The notes beneath the pieces were generated by a model. The model saw nothing but the letters and a program-made list of their open reading frames with translations, did not search any database and was not told where the DNA came from. The translations under genes were made by a program, and so were the position numbers. Below are positions 55,936 to 64,000 of a stretch of 64,000 bases of DNA, one piece after another (position 1 is the first letter of the stretch; each line of letters opens with the position of its first letter). The stretch comes from Eledone cirrhosa (Eukaryota): positions 22,754,001 through 22,818,000 of the forward strand of contig OZ024756.1 of assembly GCA_964016885.1 (NCBI GenBank), in the 5' to 3' direction.

Positions 55936-57089
55936 ATGGCTACTAATATAGGTACAGGACCACAATTGGATGAGAGAAACTCAATTGGCCTCAGAACTTA
56001 ATAGGTATTTAGCCATGAGCATGCCCTATTTTGACTCGAGAATATTATCAAGTTGTTCTCTTTTTACGATTGTATAATATAGTTTAAAAGCAATTTGATT
56101 ATTATTTCTAATAGGATTGGCAACTATGTCGATAACACCTTTTTAACCTGATGTAATAATTGTTTCTACAATGGCTACAAGGTCCTCAATTGGATGAGAG
56201 AAACTCAATTGGCCTCAGAACTTAATAGGTATTTATTTCATTGACCCAGGAATGACGAAAGATACAACTAACTATAACAGGATTTGATATCAGAAGTTTA
56301 TTGCATGCAAGTATAAACCAAAGGCATTTTGACCTCTCTTCTTCCGATTCTAATCCACCTCCACTGTAGAGAGCAGGAAAATGGCGTAAAAGAAATAATT
56401 ACATTCCGGTGTACCGAATTAGTGACACGGTTTCAATATTGTATGAAGTGAGAGCCATATTTCACATATAATAAACATTAGTCATTTACATCAGAAAACT
56501 ATTTCCGTTTAGCTATTAATTTGGGGCGATATATATGTGTAAGTAATCAATATATTTAATTAGTGGATACCATGATTGGATTTTGCTAATAGGCAGTAGC
56601 ATATAATTAGAATGTTCTCAGCTCGCTTGAGTCAGAGTGAAAATATTAATGGCTTCTGATTTAGACTCAAGGCCAACAAATTTGGAGAAGGGAAATGTCA
56701 ATGAGATCGACCCCAGTGTATAATTGGTGTTTAATTGTATCGATCTTGTAAGGATGAAAGGTAAAGCTGACGTCTAAATTAGGCACAGGACCAGTATTTT
56801 TGGTGGGAGAGAAAGTTCGTTGATATTGGCCCCAGTACTTGACTCTTAATTTGTTCTGTCGACACCGGAAGGCTGAAAGACAAATTTCCACTCGGCAGAA
56901 TTTAAACTATGAAACGTAAATGGACGTAACTAAATGGCGGCAACCATTTTAACCGACGCTCTAGCGATTCAAACAATCAATTGCCAAATGATATGATTTT
57001 CTGTGACAGATACAAACCCACACATCAACTCAACATTGAACGTAACAGAACAAAATACGAAAAATAATTGGGCTATAAAATCTAACCCA

Positions 57090-57676
57090 AGCGGGAATGG
57101 TGTTCCGAGGCCATAGTATCTAAAATAAGGACGGGTTGGAAGAAGTTTAGGGAGCTGCTTCCTCTGTTGACGAAGAAGGGTTTCTCCCTGCGTACGAAAG
57201 GCCGGTTGTATGATGCCTGTGTGAGGAGCGCGATGCTGCATGGTAGTGAGACATGGGCAGCAACCGCAGAGGATATGCGACGGCTGGAGAGAAATGAGGC
57301 AAGCATGCTCCGTTGGATGTGCAGTGTAAATGTGCGTGAACGACCCAGCATAAATGTGTTGAGAGAGAAACTGTGTCTGAGAGGGATAGAATGTAGTGTA
57401 CGGGAGAGGAGACTGAGGTGGTATGGACATGTGATGCGCATGGAGGATGACCGATGGGTGAAGAAGTGCCAGGAAATGCCAGTTGAAGGAAGACGTGGTA
57501 GAGGTAGACCACGAAAAACATGGGCGGAGGTGGTGAGAACAGACCTCAGATCATTGAAGCTCACGGTGGAGATGACGAGAGACCGTGACGAGTGGAGAGA
57601 TGCTGTGCTGAATAAGACCCGTCCCACCCTTGCAAGCAGGGAAAAGCGGACGTAAAATGATGATGATGATGATGAT
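57090..57676 (+). mobile_element. Young 5'-truncated RTE LINE 3' end with (TGA)n tail
   Basis: Open frame to 57655: GWKKFRELLPLL...KGRLYDACVRSAMLHGSETW...MLRWMC...RERRLRWYGHVMR...GRRGRGRPRKTW. Confidence 0.9.
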
Positions 57677-57827
57677 ATATATGAAAATAGGGAGAAAAAG
57701 ACGATTATTAGGAAGAAACATTTTTTTTTTTCCTTTTTATTCTTCCCAACATATTTTTCTTCCTAATAAAAAGGAAAAAAACATTTTTCTTCCTAATAAT
57801 CGTCTTTTTCTCCCTATTTTCATATAT
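57676..57827. repeat. Hairpin with ~60-bp arms
   Basis: ATGAAAATAGGGAGAAAAAGACGATTATTAGGAAGAAA / TTTCTTCCTAATAATCGTCTTTTTCTCCCTATTTTCAT. Confidence 0.8.
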
Positions 57828-57862
57828 ATATATCCCAACTCGTGTGTCCCTGCTGCACATTT

Positions 57863-57906
<44 letters not shown>

Positions 57907-57912
<6 letters not shown>

Positions 57913-58114
57913 GTGAGGTTTCTTTTCTTTTTTTTTTTTTTTTTTTTTACAAAATGGAAAAAAACGAGATGTCCTACACGAGTGAAAGTATAAGGAAAAA
58001 AGAGGAAATAGAAAATGCAACTGGAGTCTTTTTTTTTTAAATATATATTTATTTGGTTCCTTTACCGGTTTCGCAGTTCTTATGCTTTTCAAATGTAGAA
58101 TTGAGATGGAGGGT
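57907..58114 (-). mobile_element. Diverged family A copy without fold-back; U3-A8 core retained (58059-58096)
   Basis: Minus: ACAT TTGAAAA GCAT AAGAA CTGC GAAA CCGG TA AAGG. Confidence 0.7.
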
Positions 58115-58223
58115 ATATATATGTGTAATTATGCACACGAATACACACACACACACATTGTTTCCTCAGTCTGATTTGACGAAAGTCGATCGACTGTCGT
58201 TATATATATATATATATATATAC

Positions 58224-58407
58224 GGGCGGTGGATTGGCAGTATCGGTAGAGGGTCGGACGCCATGCTTTCCAGCATAGTTACGTCCCTTTACGATCTGAG
58301 TTCGAATCCCGCCGAGGTTGACTTTGCCTTTCATCCTTACGGGGTCGATAAAATAAAGTACCAGTAATGCACTGGGTATTTGCTGGCCTTGTGTATAACG
58401 TAGAAAC
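58224..58407 (+). mobile_element. SINE family 1, full length
   Basis: A box TGGCAGTATCGG (58235-46), B box GAGTTCGAATCC (58298-309). Confidence 0.9.
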
Positions 58408-58596
58408 ATATATATATATATGTTTTTACTTTTGGCACAAGGCCAGCATTGTATATATACATGTGTGCGTGTGTGTGCGTGTGTGTGTGTGTGTGTATGA
58501 CAATACAGACGTGTTTTTATTTTTTCCCTCTCGTTTTTTCGTTCCTTCCTCTTCTCGCTGTTTATCTTTCTGTTTCATCTTCTCTTTCTCGTGCTA

Positions 58597-58632
58597 TCTT
58601 CTGACGAAGGAGTAGTGTCTGAAACGTTAAGA
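58597..58632 (+). ncRNA. Minimal hammerhead (family G)
   Basis: TCTT CTGACGA AGGAGTAGTGTCT GAAA CG TT AAGA; helix III is the loopless palindrome ACGT. Confidence 0.7.
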
Positions 58633-58889
58633 CTGATTTCTTGTTATTTCAAGCGTTAAACTAATATGTGTGCGTGTGCGTGTGCGTGCGCGTGCGTGTG
58701 TGTGTGTGTGTGTGTGCGTGTGTGTGTGTGCGCGTGTGTGTGTGTGTGTGTGTGCGTATGTGCGTGTGTGTGCGTGTGCGTAAGTATAACAAGGACGTTA
58801 TCTCAACATTAAGAAATAGCGACAGAAACACCTACAGAGAATGACAATGCGTCCATGCTATTGAACATGGAAATATAATCAGATGTGTA

Positions 58890-59130
58890 GATTAGGGTAA
58901 ATCAAAGCAAATATAGTTGTCAAGGAAGATCGGGAAAGGAACAATATGCTATCTCCTGATATCATATCGTTGATAACATCCTATAATACGCAGCGACACG
59001 AAGTGGAAGACTTTTCTAAATACAAAGATATTTAAATAGAGATAACCAAAGGTGGTAACAGGAAAGAGTTGCCATACTAATAGGTGATTTAGCAATGACT
59101 TCTATCAGATATCCAAAGAAGAAAACTCAC
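58890..59130 (+). mobile_element. Highly decayed R4-like RLE 3' end
   Basis: Remnants ANIVVK, FSKYKDI*IEITK, ILIGDLAM; followed by (CATA)n. Confidence 0.45.
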
Positions 59131-59651
59131 ATACATAAATACATACATACATACATTTATGGTGGGTGCCAACTCGTTTTCGAATACGGCCACTACATTA
59201 TATATAGGAGAATCCCTACCGATGCGCTGAACGAGTGTGACTTTTTAGTCCAGCCAGCGACTTGAAAACTCTGGTACAAACACTACACTTGTGACAATTA
59301 TTGACACATAGTGCTGGGCCCATGGTACCATGTGATGACAAGTGCAGAGAGATCTCCAGATATAAAGCAATGCCTGTGTCGTGAAGCTTTTATAGTGAGC
59401 AAAGGCACTGCACAAAGCCAGTCCCACTCTCTTAACCAAGATGATATTTACCAGAAAGAAGAAGAGGTCAACATCATTGGATACCATCAGGGTTGCAGGT
59501 GTTATATCAGAGTTTTCCTTCTCCTAGAATTCTGCCTTGACAAAGGACAAGGGGTCATCTCCCCCGGTGATTTTGGATGGCCATACATACATACATACAT
59601 ACATGCAAATATATAGACTCACACACATACATATTCATGTATATATTTATT

Positions 59652-59685
<34 letters not shown>

Positions 59686-59867
59686 AGAGGGGGTAGATGC
59701 AATGAAGACGGTGAGGTCAAGTATACATATTTTATATATATATATATATGTATGTACATTTACACACACATATATATATATACATTTATATATATATATA
59801 CATATATATATTCATATATATACATAAACACACACACACACACACATACATTATAGATATATATATA

Positions 59868-60219
59868 TCGGACGCCATGTTTTCCAGCATAGTTAATGTC
59901 CCTTTACGATCTGAGTTCAAATCCCGCCGCGGTTGACTTTGCCTTTCATCCTTACGGGGTCGATAAAATAAAGTACCAGTAATGCACTGGGTAATTGCTG
60001 GCCTTGTGCCTAACGTAGAAACAATTATATGTATGTATGTATTGGCAGTGTCGGTAGAGGGTCGGACGCCATGTTTTCCAGCATAGTTACGTCCCTTTAC
60101 GATCTGAGTTCAAATCCCGCCGAGGTTGACTTTGCCTTTCATCTTTACGGGGTCGATAAAATAAAGTACCAGTAATGCACTGGGTAATTGCTGGCCTTGT
60201 GCCTAAAGTAGAAACAATT
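59868..60219 (+). mobile_element. Two tandem SINE family 1 copies (59868-60027, 60042-60219)
   Basis: Both have B box, core and GTAGAAACAATT tail. Confidence 0.9.
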
Positions 60220-60239
60220 ATATATATATATATATATAT

Positions 60240-61345
60240 TCATTTATGGCTTGACTAATGAAGGTTGTGAAGGAGGTGGTCCACGTTGACTGCAGTCACA
60301 CTCATGACTGTCTAGACCAATGCGGGACAGGCAGGCACGGCCGCAGCGGCTGCAACAGAAGGTCTGGGCAGGGTAGCTCTGTGAGTGCTTTCGAAAGGGG
60401 AGACAACAGGGTAGCTCTGTGAGTGCTTTCGAAAGGGGAGACAACGGGGTAGCTCTGTGGGTGTTTTCGAATTGAGAGACAACAGGGTAGCTCTGTGGGT
60501 GTTTTCGAATTGAGAGACAACAGGGTAGCTCTGTGGGTGTTTTCGAAAGGGGAGACAACAGGGTAGCTCTGTGGGTGTTTTCGAAAGGGGAGACAACAGG
60601 GTAGCTCTGTGGCTGTTTTCGAAAGGGAAGACAACAGGGTAGCTCTGTGGGTGTTTTCGAATTGAGAGACAACAGGGTAGCTCTGTGGGTGTTTTCGAAA
60701 GGGAAGACAACAGGGTAGCTCTGTGGGTGTTTTCGAAAGGGAAGTCAACAGGGTAGCTCTGTGGGTGTTTTCGAAAGGGGAGACAACAGGGTAGCTCTGT
60801 GGGTGTTTTCGAAAGGGAAGACAACAGGGTAGCTCTGTGGGTGTTTTCGAAAGGGAAGACAACAGGGTAGCTCTGTGGGTGTTTTCGAAGAGGGAGATAT
60901 GTTGTATATGTTGAGACACCAGGCGGCATGCTTCTTACCTAGGGTGGACCACCGATGATGGTTTATGTGACAGGTACCAAGGGAGTTTTTCAAACAGTCC
61001 TTGTATGATTTCCTTGATGCCCCCTGTCATGATAGCCAGTGGACAGTTCACTGTGCAGCATGATCCTAGGCAGGAGATGATCCTTCAGAGAATTAATCAT
61101 TTCTGGACAGTGTGGTAAGCGTTGAAGTGGGCCGAGAAACGTTCTGATTTACGGCTTAAAATGGACGCCCTGTCTGTGAGGAGGCCCTGACCATCTACAT
61201 TGCACAAAGGACTCTAAATCTGATATGTAGGGTCACACAACCCTTTTAAGACTTCATAGAAGCCTATTATGCCTCCAGTGTCTGCGCGCACATGCTCTGG
61301 ATCTCCTGAAGCTTACGCTTGAGCTTATTACGTACGAGGTGGAAT
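60240..61345 (-). mobile_element. Internally deleted RTE (BovB-like) LINE
   Basis: Minus: linker region (SPLCNVDGQGLLTDRASILSR), then LPRIMLHSELSTG...YKDCLKNSL and terminal C2H2-like FCCSRCGRACLSRIGLDSH. Confidence 0.75.
60371..60897. repeat. 38-bp minisatellite, 14 units, inside the RTE element
   Basis: GGGTAGCTCTGTGGGTGTTTTCGAAAGGGAAGACAACA starting at 60371, 60409 ... 60865. Confidence 0.95.
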
Positions 61346-61469
61346 GCAGCTATATTCACGGGACAAAATGTATAAAACATTAATATTTATATGTTAATAT
61401 ACTGATATCATAAAGCTTAATAATTTGCTGCGTGTATCTCAATACATTTACTTTTATATCATTAACTGG

Positions 61470-61590
61470 TTTTGGCACAAGGCCAGCAATTATCCAGTAC
61501 ATTACTGGTACTTTATTTTATCGACCCCGTAAGGATGAAAGGCAAAGTTAACCTCGGCGGGATTTGAACTCAGACCGTAAAGGGACGTAT
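61470..61590 (-). mobile_element. SINE family 1, 5'-truncated
   Basis: Reverse-complement core and tail. Confidence 0.85.
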
Positions 61591-62004
61591 CATTAAGGTT
61601 GTGACGTCACCGCAGTAACCTTTACCCAAATATATAATATTATTAATACATACATATATACGTATACACATAGAGACATGTGTAAATATTTATATAGAGA
61701 CATCTATAAATATATAGATACATATATGCACAAGAGCTCTTACATTTTTAGTATATAATCTCATGAAATGCAATTGACATTATATCTCCCTTCGTTAAGA
61801 TATACTTCAGCTAAATAGAGAGAATGATTGAATGTGAGAAGGTTAGAATGAGAGAATGAGAGAAGGTTGTAATGACGTGGTGAAAGTTATTAAGTTGCCT
61901 TACTCCTTTTTCTCTTCTTCACTAGACTGTCCTAAATATAATGTCAACTGCATTTCAGGAAAAGATTTCGTACTAAACTCATATGTTTTTCTCTGTTTAT
62001 ATGT

Positions 62005-62400
62005 ATGTACTCCTCTACAGCGCTGAGACTTGGACCATCCTCAAACAAGACCTGACCAAGCTCCAAGTGTTTCAAATGTGATGTCTTCTTCAAATCCTTG
62101 GTGTCTCTCTACGAGAATGAATCACAAATAAACAACAGCATCTGAGAACAATTCCAGCAGCGGTCAACCATTGAGGACCAAATCCGGCAACGCAGGCTGC
62201 AGTGGTTTGACCACGTCTGCAGAATGAACACCGGAAGACTACCATACAAAATTTTGTCACGTCAGTGACCCATGCACTGAAGAATCCAGCGCAGCGCACC
62301 GAAGAAGACAGGGGCGAAACATATCGAGGAGGACATGAAATCGCAGCGCCATGGATAGAATAGCGTGGAAGAATATCCTCATCGGTGTCTATCTTCCTTT
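62005..62400 (+). mobile_element. Decayed RTE-like LINE 3' region
   Basis: LLYSAETWTILKQDLTKLQVFQM*CLLQILGVS...IRQRRLQWFDHVCRM..GRLPYKIL with stops and frameshifts. Confidence 0.75.
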
Positions 62401-62859
62401 AACACCTACAACAGCGTATTGGTTGAAAGTAGAACTTCCAGCAGTCGCCGGCTAGGGACCAAAGCGAAGAGGTGTATATGTATATTGTATGTAGGGACCC
62501 ATAGGAGGACGCCCTATTTACATAGGGTCTGTCGTGACCAATTAAAACCTGGTGAAGCCCATCTCCTCTCCTGGACTGAACTTAACCGATTTCTTCAGGA
62601 GAATAAGAGAGAAGAAATATGAAATATGAAAGATATATAGAGGAAGAAGTAAACCTAGACCTAGATTAATAATTTTCTCATCAACATCGAAAAGATGAAA
62701 GGCAAAATTGACTGCGGTAGTTTTTGAAATCAGAGCACGGTGAGTCTGAATGAATACATTAAATCATTCTGTCCGTTGAGAATTTTGTTTACATTTAATT
62801 CTTATCCCTCGAAAATATGTTACCTTCTTTAGAGAATCGTTGCTCCGACAGTACTTAGA

Positions 62860-63650
62860 AGAACTTTCCTTGAGGACTACGGATTTCAATGACTCGTGTC
62901 TTATCAGTATGATGCTGGTTCTCTTGCTTTTTAGCAAAGTCTGTTTCCTTGCATGAATATTAATTCCTCCTACATATTTGTAGATTTCCCCATTAATACT
63001 GCTTTCTCTGATATATTAGATTACTCACACTGGAGCATAGCGGAAATCTTGTGCTTCTTTTCGTTTAGGATATTGTATTTTATCATCGTTTCCGTCGAAC
63101 CAGTCCGATTGTTTCATGACAGTAAGACTCAAATGTTGGACCACTGCTCTATACATTTGATTTCTCAAATTTGATCATCTATCCATCCTCTTCATTTATT
63201 TCAACAAACTATTGGTTGCGTACCTCAATGATGATGTATTTTAGAAATCTGTCAGGGTTATATCCTGATTTCAATGTGGTAGTGTTGAGATTTGGAGGGA
63301 ATTAATACACTGTGCTCTTCTATTTTGGTTTGACAATCATTACAAGTAGGAAAATCAGTGAGCGAACCAATATTCTGCTTCACGCTGTTGACCGTTGTGG
63401 CAGGACTTGGATCATGGATGCATTCATGTGACTTGTTGATATCTAGAAGATGGAATATATTAGCTGTGGTTAAAATATTTGTACTGCAAACATTCAGTCG
63501 GATAGGAACCTTATTATTATTGTATTTCTCTTTAACCATGTTAGCAACGCTTTTGCAAGCTTGGATGTTTGTGCCTACTCTTGTTTTGCAATCATGTTAT
63601 GGGACTAATTTGTCTACAATGAGAAAGCTGTCGAAACAGCAAGTCGAATT
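62860..63650 (-). mobile_element. Highly decayed RTE-like endonuclease/linker fragment
   Basis: Minus remnants FHLLD... and DWFDGNDDKI, resembling the RTE WHLLDY and DWFDEND motifs. Confidence 0.45.
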
Positions 63651-64000
63651 ATATATAATTCGATAAACTAATTAGCAAAACTAATTAGCATTAATAATAA
63701 TTAGCGAGACACAAATAATAGCAAAACACATAATAATTGTTAAAAATGAGACGTTTAGCAAAATTAATAAATAATATATATTTGACGAAAACAAGGATAG
63801 TTATGCTGAATAATTAGCATAATTAAGATCTTCCGATAGTAGATTGTAAATCTCTATATGTGGGATTCCTTGTACCTTGAGATTCGATTAGATGTAAGTT
63901 TCAACCTTTTTCTGAGTTAAATACATAGCGAAAATATACATAATACTACACAAACGTTCGGTAAACACAATTCAAGAGGCTATAAGGAGACAAAGCAGAT

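Noticed and set aside
58224-58320. tRNA gene
   Set aside because: A and B boxes are present but continue into the SINE body, with no acceptor stem or poly-T terminator; multi-copy SINE head.
60371-60897. 38-bp repeats as CRISPR, or a repeat protein (205-aa ORFs)
   Set aside because: Head-to-tail units with no spacers, lying inside an RTE remnant; the ORFs are repeat read-through.

Overview
AT-rich eukaryotic (animal) repetitive DNA, most consistent with a cephalopod/octopus intergenic or intronic region (inferred from the SINE types, RTE/R4 fragments and extreme (TA)n/(CA)n content). No host protein-coding gene can be supported: nearly all ORFs in the track are microsatellite read-throughs. 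The real coding remnants are 5'-truncated non-LTR retrotransposons (one young Tx1/L1-like 3' end, several RTE-like 3' ends, two R4/Dong-like restriction-endonuclease ends). There are also many tRNA-derived SINEs, non-autonomous Helitron-like elements, a hAT-type MITE and several minisatellites. The main hidden signal is a dense set of short, ORF-less inserts in (TA)n tracts. They carry type-I hammerhead ribozyme motifs and fold back into inverted repeats, as expected for Penelope-like element pseudo-LTR ends. About 15 near-intact hammerheads can be read by eye, plus degenerate or half copies. They include (i) U3-A8 covariant cores (UUGANAA instead of CUGANGA) in four unrelated sequence contexts, (ii) hammerheads with very long helix II, and (iii) fold-back points that repeatedly fall inside ribozyme helices. 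All structures were paired by eye and none was computed or tested.
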